Positions 19,546 through 28,285 of a stretch of DNA of 42,794 bases are shown here, piece by piece (within the stretch, counting starts at the first letter, position 1; each line of letters begins with the position of its first letter). The notes beneath the pieces were generated by a model. The model was given only the letters and a program-made list of their open reading frames with translations, had not been told where the DNA came from and made no database searches. Where the stretch lies: the NCBI GenBank assembly GCA_016181985.1, contig JACOYG010000001.1:1-42794 (forward strand). The letters run 5' to 3'. The DNA is from Candidatus Nealsonbacteria bacterium. Its GTDB lineage: Bacteria > Patescibacteriota > Minisyncoccia > Minisyncoccales > MHMH01. The translations under genes and the position numbers were made by a program.

Positions 19546-19622
19546 AAAGAACCTCCTCTCGGTTTAATTCTACATATATTATATCTCTTTATGTGCCCCC
19601 TGTCAATAGCGAGAAAACCTAT

Positions 19623-20141
19623 TTAATCTTTCTTGATTACGGTATCTCCCCAGAAATCTTTTGTGATGGTTCCTTTCTTTTCCCCGTCTTTATCAGCTAT
19701 GACTCTGTCTCCCCAAAAATCATTTTTTATTTCTCCTTCTTTTTCCCCATCAGCACCCTTGATAATCTGTTTATTAAAACCACAAGAGTCATGGGTACCT
19801 TGCTCTATCCTGCCCACTTCTTTCCCGTCCTTATTTTTAATTATCTGGTCACCCGAGGATGCTTCTTTCTTGAGTCTTCCAACTTCTTCGCCGGAACTAT
19901 TCCTAAGTATTTTATCGTCGGATAAATCATCCTTGTCTAATTTTTCTGCGCTAAAAATAGGGTTTGCCTTGGACCCGGAGTCGCTGCAGGCGCTACCCAA
20001 CAGGCCCACAAGACCAGCTATTATTACTATTACGATAAATGCAATATAGGCAAGTATCACTATCGCGGCGATAATAGCAGCTACGATAATAACGACAAGA
20101 ATAACATCTAAAATCGTCATCCATATTGATCCTTTTTTCAA
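19623..20141 (-). CDS. Membrane protein with repeated I..KDG.K.G.I beta-hairpin units
   Basis: TTG start with SD ggagg; long hydrophobic N-terminus; about 4 repeats. Confidence 0.7.
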   Translation of the reverse strand: MKKGSIWMTILDVILVVIIVAAIIAAIVILAYIAFIVIVIIAGLVGLLGSACSDSGSKANPIFSAEKLDKDDLSDDKILRNSSGEEVGRLKKEASSGDQIIKNKDGKEVGRIEQGTHDSCGFNKQIIKGADGEKEGEIKNDFWGDRVIADKDGEKKGTITKDFWGDTVIKKD

Positions 20142-20152
20142 TTTGCACCTCC

Positions 20153-20675
20153 CTATTCTTTAACTGTGACGCTATTTACGATTTTGTCAATATCCCCTGC
20201 CAGTCCTTGCCAGTATTTTTCTGGCGCAAAAAGAGATATTAAATAACCATCCCTACCGTCGAGTAGTATTTTTTCTTTAGAGAGAACAAAAGAACCGGCG
20301 GGATTTTTATATTTTAAATCAAGAATCCCTTCGTTTATTTCGATCTTTGACTCCAAGATCTCTACCGTCCAGCCGTTATTTTTGTTTACCTCCTCCATTT
20401 TTTTTAAAATCTCTACAATGGGAATTTCCAAGGAGTTCTTCCTGGTTTGTGGTCACCCAATCGCCAGGATATTCTATTTGGAATTTTCCATCGGGGCTTA
20501 TAAATTTTTTGGGCTCGCTTGTTTTCATCGTCGGAAATGTTTCTCGGAATTCTTTTGGCAAGACGTCTTGGAGCGACTTGGAAGCGGGTAAATTAGGCGC
20601 TCGCCAAATCGTCACCGCCATCAGCGCTGAAATTAGGAATAAAAAACCAAGGGATATAAGGATTGTTTTTTTCAT
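20153..20675 (-). pseudogene. Split PsbP-like exported protein (frameshift or deletion near 20431)
   Basis: 5' ORF has a TM segment and FISPDGKFQIEYP.DW; 3' ORF in another frame ends Y.ISL.APEK.W......DKIVNS; the two overlap. Confidence 0.55.
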
Positions 20676-20677
20676 GT

Positions 20678-23122
20678 TTATATCGAGTACCAATTACCGA
20701 AAATTCCAACTTGATAACCGATTAATTTCAGGAATATGTTCACGAGCGTCCAAGCAATGGCAATAATAGCCATGCCAATTCCGGCTGATTTCCAAAGAGA
20801 TATTACTCCGGCCAAGGTGGCCGCCTTTCCTAAAGAAAAATAAAACATAAGGCCGGAGTATATTGTGAGCAACACTAAAATGACTGGCACCATCCTCAGC
20901 AAGAGAAAGTCAAAAATAATTTTAACCATTAAAAATACGTGTTTTACCTGGCAAGGCTCTCTTTCGTTCCAAGGCGTCTTGGGGTTATCCGTGTTTTTCC
21001 CGCAAGGTATCAGCCCCCCTTTGCTGGCCCCCGTCGGTTCGGTCAAATTAAAATTCCAAGAGCCAGACCAATTACTGGCCTCAACGCAGTTTTCGTCTAA
21101 ACAAGAACGCACCTGCCATTGATAATTTCCCAAGCAGTCTAACTTGATAAAAGCCGAATTTGTGTGAATAATTTGTGGCGATACTATTTCCTGCCCCGCC
21201 AATAATTTGCAGGATTCATTTACTTCGTCAGAAGACAGGGTTAGATATCGTATTTTATATTGGTATGTTTTAACTCCGGAGTTTTCGTTCCAAGAAACAT
21301 AATTTTGATCGGTTTGGAGTTGGCCGCCGTTTTCCGGCGATGGATCGGATGGTATGGGCAAGCGGAAGGTTGTAAATGTTTGAGCGGGACCATACTGGCC
21401 GCAGGCCCAGCCATCATGGGCGCAGGTTTTAACTTGCCAGTTATAATCTGCTTCTTGGCGCACATTGTATTCCGGATAAGCAATAGAAAACTCCGGCTTA
21501 TCGACGGTTTTTTCCAAATTCAAACCATCTCCGGAAATTTTTAAAATATATGACTTAGCCCCCGAGACTTCCTGCCATTTAAGATTTATTGGAATGGGAA
21601 CGCTGCTTGATCCCGGTGCGGGATTTTCTAAAATCGGCGGCTGGCCGGTAGTTTTGAAAGACCATTCTTGGCTAAAATTTTCGCATTTTGAGCCCACAAA
21701 ATCAGAGCAAGCCCTTACCTTCCATTTATAAATAGTATTTAATTTAAGAATATCTACGTCTAAAATATCTGATTGCGTCCCCTGGACTATAGTGGGAGCC
21801 CAATTATTTATCTGGTATACGAAAGAATTCATTCCTGGCGGCGAAGACCAACTTAGAGCAAAGGGGAATCCAATCGGGTTTTTTCCTTCCGGGTCATTTT
21901 GCGGAGAAACAAGAGAAATATCTTTGAAACTTTTTTGCTCGCTGGTAAAACTCCAGCGCTGGCTATAATCCTTGCACTCTCCCCCCGAGAGTCCGCCATC
22001 TTCATCGAGACAAATTTTTACTTCCCAGTCGTAGATCGTGTCTTTAGTGAAAAAATTAAGACCACTATCGGTAAAATCGGAATAAAGCAATTTTTCTATC
22101 TGATTGGGATCCCTGCGTTCTTTTCTTATTACCCAAGAATCGCACTGTTCTCCTTGCGATGCGTTGAATAAAACAGGCGAGCAGATTCTTTTTCCCCCTT
22201 CCTCTAAAAATACCCTGAACCGGTAAGATTTAGCTTCCTTAATGTCGCACCAGTCAATTTTTAAAGGTGAGTCGGGAGTTATTACCGCCGCGCCGCCTTT
22301 GGGGCCGGCCCAGTCGGGATCTTCCGGGGAAACGAGTTCCGGCGCCATGCCTGTCTTAAAGCTCCAAGCGCTGGCGGGGCCGCAGTTTTTTCCGTCAACC
22401 GAACAGCAGGCCTGGGCCTGCCAGGAATAATCAGTATTGGATTTTAAAAAACAAGCGCCTTTTTCTTCCCTCAAACCGCTATACTCGGATTTGGTCAGAA
22501 TTTCAGGAACAGCGCCGCCTTCGGTATTAAGCTGAAACAAGTATGACTTTGGACCATCGGGCGCTTTTAGCCAACCGACAACATCATTCCAATCAAACTT
22601 TACCGGCAGGAGGACGCTGGCGCTTCCCATGTCTTTATCTGCTTGGTCGGAATAATCGGGACTGTCGTAATAACGGGGATCTTTCGGCGCCTCCAAGCAT
22701 TGGCCGGCAGAGCACGAGCATGAAGGCAAGGTATCGTTATAATTCTTGGGGCCATAAGCCGATTTTCTGCTGATTCCTCCGGGTCCACAGGCTTGCCATG
22801 GCTGGCAAGACGAGCTTTTACTCCAATCTCCCTCTCGTATATTGTATTTGCAAGAATAAGAAGGACAATCTACTCCCGACGCGGACTCTAAGGTATACCA
22901 TTCAAATACGCGCCTTGTTTTAATATCGGCGCCCGTATCATTTGAGATCCCGCAAATACTAGAGCAAGTATATTCGTCCCAAACATTTGAATCCGGGCAA
23001 GTTGGCGGCGGAGGACAGACAACGCCTCCCCCACCTCCTTCTTCGGCATTGATTTTTCCGGGTAAAATAAAACCGGCTAAGCTTATTAAAAAAAATAACA
23101 AAAGAATATATGGCTTTTTCAT
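20678..23122 (-). CDS. Large exported protein with five Cys-containing FN3-like repeats and a C-terminal pilin-like membrane domain
   Basis: Y.W.V..C...C...S..W.F.T x5; GLIPCG...PC...F...I; C-terminal TM hairpin. Confidence 0.75.
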   Translation of the reverse strand: MKKPYILLLFFLISLAGFILPGKINAEEGGGGGVVCPPPPTCPDSNVWDEYTCSSICGISNDTGADIKTRRVFEWYTLESASGVDCPSYSCKYNIREGDWSKSSSCQPWQACGPGGISRKSAYGPKNYNDTLPSCSCSAGQCLEAPKDPRYYDSPDYSDQADKDMGSASVLLPVKFDWNDVVGWLKAPDGPKSYLFQLNTEGGAVPEILTKSEYSGLREEKGACFLKSNTDYSWQAQACCSVDGKNCGPASAWSFKTGMAPELVSPEDPDWAGPKGGAAVITPDSPLKIDWCDIKEAKSYRFRVFLEEGGKRICSPVLFNASQGEQCDSWVIRKERRDPNQIEKLLYSDFTDSGLNFFTKDTIYDWEVKICLDEDGGLSGGECKDYSQRWSFTSEQKSFKDISLVSPQNDPEGKNPIGFPFALSWSSPPGMNSFVYQINNWAPTIVQGTQSDILDVDILKLNTIYKWKVRACSDFVGSKCENFSQEWSFKTTGQPPILENPAPGSSSVPIPINLKWQEVSGAKSYILKISGDGLNLEKTVDKPEFSIAYPEYNVRQEADYNWQVKTCAHDGWACGQYGPAQTFTTFRLPIPSDPSPENGGQLQTDQNYVSWNENSGVKTYQYKIRYLTLSSDEVNESCKLLAGQEIVSPQIIHTNSAFIKLDCLGNYQWQVRSCLDENCVEASNWSGSWNFNLTEPTGASKGGLIPCGKNTDNPKTPWNEREPCQVKHVFLMVKIIFDFLLLRMVPVILVLLTIYSGLMFYFSLGKAATLAGVISLWKSAGIGMAIIAIAWTLVNIFLKLIGYQVGIFGNWYSI

Positions 23123-24066
23123 TATTTTATTCTAAAACTTTTTGTCAGATTGCGCCAATCGTCAATACTTAAAGTTTCGGCTCTTTGAGTCGGCTGGATA
23201 TTATTTTCCATAAGCCACTCCCCTATTTTTTCTTTCCCTGCGTCCAATCCTCGCGATAAATTATTTATTAATTGTTTTCTCGGCTGGGAAAATCCCGCCT
23301 TCACGATTTTAAAAAATTTACGGACGTCGGGCCTCTGTAAGTCTTGTGGTTTTGAGATGATTTTTAAGATGGCTGCATCTACCTCGGGTGACGGCCAGAA
23401 AGAGTTTCTAGAGATATAAGAGATAATTTTCGGCTCCGCATAGAATTGGACGGAAACAGCCAAGAGATTTAAGTCTGGCGGTTTGGCGCAAATTCTTTGC
23501 GCTACTTCTTTTTGCACCACCAGCGTCATATCCGTAGGTTTTGCCTCAACGTTCTCAAGGAGCTGACGAATCAGGTGGGCGGTGAGGTAAAAGGGAAGGT
23601 TGCCGACGACTTTAAAAGCACTAAATTCTAAATTCGAAATTCTAAACAAATCCAAAATCCCAAATTTCAAATCCAAACCACGTTTCGAATTTTGGAAATT
23701 GGAATTTAGATATTGTTTCGGATTTAGTGCTTCGGATTTCGAATTTCCCGGGACTAACTTCAAGATATCTCCGTAGATAATCTCCACATTTTTAAAGTCC
23801 TTCAGAGTTTCTTTCAGGATTTCCACCATATTCCGGTCTTTTTCTACGGCAATGACTTTTTTGGTTCTTTTTGCCAGCTCTTGGGTTAAAACGCCCAGCC
23901 CCGGCCCTATTTCTAGCACTACATCATCCGGCTGGAGGTCAGCTGCTTCAACAATCTTCCGAATAGCTGCCTTATCTGTTAAAAAGTTCTGGCCGAGCCC
24001 TCGCGACGGCTTGGCCTGGCGCGACTCTAACAGATTTTTGATATTTTTTACTGAAGTAAGCTCCAT
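23122..24066 (-). CDS. rsmA: 16S rRNA m6,2A methyltransferase RsmA/KsgA with an in-frame repeat insertion
   Basis: LGQNFL, VLEIGPGLG, VVGNLPFY, VQKEVA.RI, FWPSP.VD, RAETL. Confidence 0.95.
   Translation of the reverse strand: MELTSVKNIKNLLESRQAKPSRGLGQNFLTDKAAIRKIVEAADLQPDDVVLEIGPGLGVLTQELAKRTKKVIAVEKDRNMVEILKETLKDFKNVEIIYGDILKLVPGNSKSEALNPKQYLNSNFQNSKRGLDLKFGILDLFRISNLEFSAFKVVGNLPFYLTAHLIRQLLENVEAKPTDMTLVVQKEVAQRICAKPPDLNLLAVSVQFYAEPKIISYISRNSFWPSPEVDAAILKIISKPQDLQRPDVRKFFKIVKAGFSQPRKQLINNLSRGLDAGKEKIGEWLMENNIQPTQRAETLSIDDWRNLTKSFRIK
23618..23746. repeat. AT-rich palindromic repeat element inserted in frame in rsmA
   Basis: aaattc/gaattt-type 7-mer arrays in inverted arms; encodes NSKSEALNPKQ...RISNLEF between GDILK and KVVGNLP. 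Confidence 0.8.
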
Positions 24067-24157
24067 ATTAGGATATTGTAGCACAGAAAGGCATGTCTAA
24101 CTTCTTGGGGATAAGTGCCTTGACTGGCTTCCTGGGTCTGATATGCTGAAACTAGAT

Positions 24158-25252
24158 ATGGATATACTGGATTGGTTGAAAAATAAGGCAAAAAACATCA
24201 AAATAGGGGGTTTAATGGCAAAACATAGGGGATCTCTTAAGGACCCCTTCCTTTATTTAGGCATATCCGCCGTTGTTTTGTATGGCATATTTACCCTTCT
24301 TATTCCGTCAAACGAGGCCATTTCCCCGTTTTTTACCGAAACACAGAGTACATCCGGAGGCACTTTCATTACCTCCACGGAAAAAGTTAAAGAATCTCCG
24401 GACTTAAGCATAATTCAAAAAAACAGCTTAGCTGCTATTTCCCCTCCTATTATGGTTACGCCGCAAGTTTTGGGAGCCCTAGCCGGAGGAGAGACTTACG
24501 AATCGCAGAATAAAGAGGTGGTAGAATATATTGTTCAGCCGGGAGATACTATTGGGTCAATCGCGGATAAATTCAATATTTCAGTGGAAACCGTCCTTTC
24601 GGCGAACAACCTTAGCAAGAATTCACTTATTCAGATTGGCCAGAAATTGGTCATTTTGCCGGTATCGGGCGTAATTCATTACGTTAAAAAAGGCGATACT
24701 ATTTCAGAAATCGCCCAGACATACAAGGCGAAAATAGATGAAATCATAGCCTTTAACGATCTGTCGGGCGAGGGCGACATAGCAATCGGAGACATTTTAA
24801 TTATACCCAATGGCGTGATGCCTCCGCCGGTAGTTTATGCTCCAAAAGCTATCCCTATAGCCAACAGTTATTTCATTTGTCCCATCGGACAGCCGTGTCG
24901 GATCACTCAGGGGCTGCATTGGTATAACGCCATTGATTTTAGCCACGGCAAATGCGGGGAACCGATATATGCCGCGGCAGCAGGAGAAGTTTTGAAGGTA
25001 AAACTTACTAGTTCTACTTCTAAATTGGCTTTCAGCGGAGCAGGAAATCATATGACTATATTGCATCCGAATGGAGCGGTTACCTTTTATGGTCACTTGC
25101 AGGCAGCATTGGTAAATCCGGGCGATTATGTTTCACAGGGGCGAATGATCGCCACGGTGGGTGGACAACCTGGCACTCCCGGAGCCGGCAAATCAACGGG
25201 TTGCCACCTACACTTTGAAGTAATCGGCGCCAGGAATCCGTTTAGTAAATAA
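24158..25252 (+). CDS. LysM-LysM-M23 family peptidase
   Basis: Two LysM repeats (YIVQPGDT, HYVKKGDT), H.YNAID, YGHL, STGCHLHFEV; start placed after a TTGACT/TATGCT promoter. Confidence 0.92.
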   Translation: MDILDWLKNKAKNIKIGGLMAKHRGSLKDPFLYLGISAVVLYGIFTLLIPSNEAISPFFTETQSTSGGTFITSTEKVKESPDLSIIQKNSLAAISPPIMVTPQVLGALAGGETYESQNKEVVEYIVQPGDTIGSIADKFNISVETVLSANNLSKNSLIQIGQKLVILPVSGVIHYVKKGDTISEIAQTYKAKIDEIIAFNDLSGEGDIAIGDILIIPNGVMPPPVVYAPKAIPIANSYFICPIGQPCRITQGLHWYNAIDFSHGKCGEPIYAAAAGEVLKVKLTSSTSKLAFSGAGNHMTILHPNGAVTFYGHLQAALVNPGDYVSQGRMIATVGGQPGTPGAGKSTGCHLHFEVIGARNPFSK

Positions 25253-25328
25253 AAATCAACGAATAGCGAATCGGTTACGAATATACGAATTCGTATATTC
25301 GCGATAAATTCGTTATTCGTTGATTTTT
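25252..25328. repeat. cgaat-unit palindrome between convergent genes (possible terminator)
   Basis: aaaatcaacgaatagcgaat...attcgttattcgttgatttt with inner tacgaat units. Confidence 0.7.
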
Positions 25329-25698
25329 ATTTCTGGCACTTCATACAGAGACGGGCTGCCGGGTTCACCATAAGGCGTTTTTCGTCGATATCCTTGCCGC
25401 AATCCTCGCATTTTCCGTAATCTTTGGTACCGATCTTTTCTAGGGCAATATTAATATCTCTTAATTTCAGCTCCATGCTGTGCTCTACGGGCAGGCGCGT
25501 GCCATACTCTTCTACCTCGTCGGCCGCGCTTTCTAGGGCAGCTCCCCCGAATTCACCGTTGAATTTCGGGAACTTAGAATCCCAGTCCCCTTTCAGGTTG
25601 GGATCTTTATCGGCAAATGTTTTTAACTGTCCCTCCAGGGCAGCTTTTTCTTTTTCTAATTTATCCTTTAATTCTTCTAAGGTTTGTTTATTCATATT
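25327..25698 (-). CDS. TraR/DksA C4-type zinc finger protein
   Basis: AADEVEE, L.DI..AL.KI...YG.CE.CG..I...RL..NP.A.LC..C. Confidence 0.9.
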   Translation of the reverse strand, partial: NMNKQTLEELKDKLEKEKAALEGQLKTFADKDPNLKGDWDSKFPKFNGEFGGAALESAADEVEEYGTRLPVEHSMELKLRDINIALEKIGTKDYGKCEDCGKDIDEKRLMVNPAARLCMKCQK

Positions 25699-25714
25699 AT
25701 TTATTTTATCAAAC

Positions 25715-25881
25715 AAAAAAGGAGCTGGCAAGTCCACAATAAATTGATAAAGGAACTCAGCTCCTCTCTTTGATTCTTCGCGTTAGCTCAGAACCTTATC
25801 TTAGCCGAGTCTCGGCCGAGACCTAAGACTCCGCTGGGAATGTGCTACTTCTATTATCTCAAAAACAGAAAGTCGTGTCAA
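25715..25881 (-). promoter_or_regulatory. Promoter plus structured leader or sRNA ending in a terminator upstream of the dksA-like gene
   Basis: TTGACA(25876-25881)-17-GATAAT(25853-25858); stem aggagctg/cagctcct followed by a U-tract. Confidence 0.5.
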
Positions 25882-25912
25882 CATGGCTTTTCCACAACTT
25901 ATCCCCACCGCC

Positions 25913-28285
25913 CTAATTGTTAAAGTAATTTTGTTTTAACCTAATAATCCTTAGTGTTGCTCTGTCAATTAATTCCTCGGATATTTTACCCGTACGGATT
26001 GATTCCTTAAGAATAGAAGCCGCATCAGCCCCCGATCTTAAATCGGAAAAAAGCAGTATATCAACCCCTGATTTAATCGGCATAGTCACGGCCTCTTTTA
26101 CGGAAAAATTAACAGAGAAAGCTTTTTGCGCTAAATCATCGGTGATTATAAGAGGGTTTTCTCCCAGCTTTTCTTTTAAAAAAGCGATGCCCTTTGATGA
26201 AAAGGCAACTGGCAAAGCAGAATCAATGGCTGGATAGATGACGCTAGCCAGCATAACAAGCTCCGGATTACTCTCCATGGCTTTTTGAAAATGAGCGATC
26301 GGCGGGATGCCGCTTAGAGTAGCCAGTTTCTCCTCGGGATTAAAAGAAATTCCGCTGTAACCCGGAAAGTGTTTTATCGCAGTTAAAATACCCGCTGTTT
26401 TTTGGCCGGAAATCAATGCTTTTGCTAAGACACCGGTTTTCTCCGAATCTTTTTGAAAAGATCGTCCATACAGAAAGTCTCCGGGATACGCTAAATCCAA
26501 AAGCGGCGATAAATTAAGATTAATTCCTAGCTTTTTTAATTCCCCGCCTCTTTCAAGCCCGACCTCGTAGGCCTGACTAGTGCTTTCTAATTCATATTGG
26601 CCGGTCTTTTCCTCGGTAAAGTCCATTCGCGATACCATTCCCCCCTCTTGGTCAATGGCTATGAAAAGCGGGAGGCCCGTTTCTGACAAAGAAATTTTTT
26701 GCACGCCCTGCAGCAATCTTTTGATTTGATCCGGGCTTTCAATATTTTTTTTGAATAAAATTATTCCTCCGGGCCGCGTTGTTTTGATAAAATTTTCAAT
26801 TTCCGGAGTTAAGGCTGTTCCGTTAATTCCGATTATGAGTAATTGTCCGATTTTTTGATCCAAAGTTAGCTGCCTTAAAATAAACTCAGCCCCGTCGTTG
26901 TGGCTGGGAACCGCTAAAGAGATTAATAGTTTGAACTTATCCCAGTCAAAATTCCACGGAGTGGTTTTACTTGGGGCAATATCCTTATACCCGAGAATAT
27001 TTTCTGCCGAGATGCCATATTTTTCTTTAAGAACTTTAACGAGCCAACTCAATGATTCGTATTGAGCGTCATTTGGGCTTTCCGATGCTTTATAAACGAG
27101 GCTTATGCCGATAGAAAAATTATTTACATTGCTCCTGCCATCGGGCATTCGGCCGGCTCCGGCATGATAAGCAATCGCGCTATCGGGGGCTAATTGGTAG
27201 ATGGCGCCATCACGGCCTATCAAGTAATGCGTGGCGACCTTAGCTGCTTGGTATAACTCTATAATGTTTTCTATGTTATAAGGGTCGCCATTTTCGTTAT
27301 TGCCGGAGTGGATGATGATTGCGTCAATACTTTTTAGCGTATCGGGCAGATAATAACCCACACTAAGAAGCCGTTGGACAATCACCGGTTGCTTTTTTAC
27401 TGTTTCTTGAGCAGCCGGCGGAGTTGCGGGGAGCGCTTCTCTGATTACGCTGGTGTCAGGCCTAATTACTAAATACCAGTACCAAAATGTGCCGACTGCG
27501 GCTAAAATTGCCAAAATAAAGAGAGAGGCAATTATCCTAACCCAAATTTTTTCGAAAATAGAAGATTTGCCGGGAAAATAACCGGTAATTTTCGGTACAG
27601 GAATGGCAGGTAATTTAACCTTGGGCAAGGAGATGGACGGCAGAGGAAATTTAAATGGTTTTTTGGCTTCCTCCTTCGCCCCGCTAAGCGGGGCTTCGGC
27701 GGGCAAGTCGGCTGGCCTTAGCGAGATCGGCGGTATCGGCACAATCGGCGGTTGGGGTATTTCAATCTTCGCCTGCGGGGCTTCAGTAGGCGGCATTACC
27801 GGTTGCGGCGCTGGCCTTTGATAGACTGGAGGAGGCGCTATTGGAGGCGTGTATGGTTTTTCCTCCACTGCCCGCCCCTCTGCTTTTGCTGAAACATTTT
27901 CCAAGAATTTTCTCCTGGTTTCCTCCTCTTTTGTTTGAGCTTCTTTTAATTGCGCTCTTAACGATTCCTTTTTTTCTTCTTCTATCTTGGCCGCCATAGA
28001 CGAGTCTGAGGCGGCAGAAGCGGCTCTGTCCATCCTCGCCCTTGCCAGCTCTTCCTCTTTTCTTTTTGCTTTCGCTTCCAGCTCCTCTCTTTCTTGCGCC
28101 GCTTGTTTGGACTCTTCCAGTCTTTCAGCTTCTTTGGCCGCCTCTTCCCCTGTTTTCAATTGGGCTACTTTTTCTCTTACTGTTTCTGATTCTTGCTCTC
28201 GAAGACGGGCTATGTCTTTTTCCATAGTCCTAATTTCGTCTCTTTTGAGATATTGTGATTTTTGATTAGTTGTTTCCTCTGGCAT
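25913..28285 (-). CDS. Membrane-anchored fusion: coiled coil, Pro-rich linker, TM, Amidase_2-like domain, GH3 (NagZ-like) domain
   Basis: IIIHS..THYLI..AYHAG..N.FSIGI; QKIGQL..GGIILF..IAIDQEGG.V.R..KHFPG..ITDDL. Confidence 0.85.
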   Translation of the reverse strand: MPEETTNQKSQYLKRDEIRTMEKDIARLREQESETVREKVAQLKTGEEAAKEAERLEESKQAAQEREELEAKAKRKEEELARARMDRAASAASDSSMAAKIEEEKKESLRAQLKEAQTKEEETRRKFLENVSAKAEGRAVEEKPYTPPIAPPPVYQRPAPQPVMPPTEAPQAKIEIPQPPIVPIPPISLRPADLPAEAPLSGAKEEAKKPFKFPLPSISLPKVKLPAIPVPKITGYFPGKSSIFEKIWVRIIASLFILAILAAVGTFWYWYLVIRPDTSVIREALPATPPAAQETVKKQPVIVQRLLSVGYYLPDTLKSIDAIIIHSGNNENGDPYNIENIIELYQAAKVATHYLIGRDGAIYQLAPDSAIAYHAGAGRMPDGRSNVNNFSIGISLVYKASESPNDAQYESLSWLVKVLKEKYGISAENILGYKDIAPSKTTPWNFDWDKFKLLISLAVPSHNDGAEFILRQLTLDQKIGQLLIIGINGTALTPEIENFIKTTRPGGIILFKKNIESPDQIKRLLQGVQKISLSETGLPLFIAIDQEGGMVSRMDFTEEKTGQYELESTSQAYEVGLERGGELKKLGINLNLSPLLDLAYPGDFLYGRSFQKDSEKTGVLAKALISGQKTAGILTAIKHFPGYSGISFNPEEKLATLSGIPPIAHFQKAMESNPELVMLASVIYPAIDSALPVAFSSKGIAFLKEKLGENPLIITDDLAQKAFSVNFSVKEAVTMPIKSGVDILLFSDLRSGADAASILKESIRTGKISEELIDRATLRIIRLKQNYFNN

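Noticed and set aside
11625..23122. Integrative conjugative element
   Set aside because: No integrase, relaxase or att repeats; the cluster is coupled to housekeeping genes.
25888..25908. DnaA-box-like pair (ttttccaca, ttatcccca) as a second origin
   Set aside because: Only two mismatched boxes with no AT-rich unwinding region; may be regulatory or chance.
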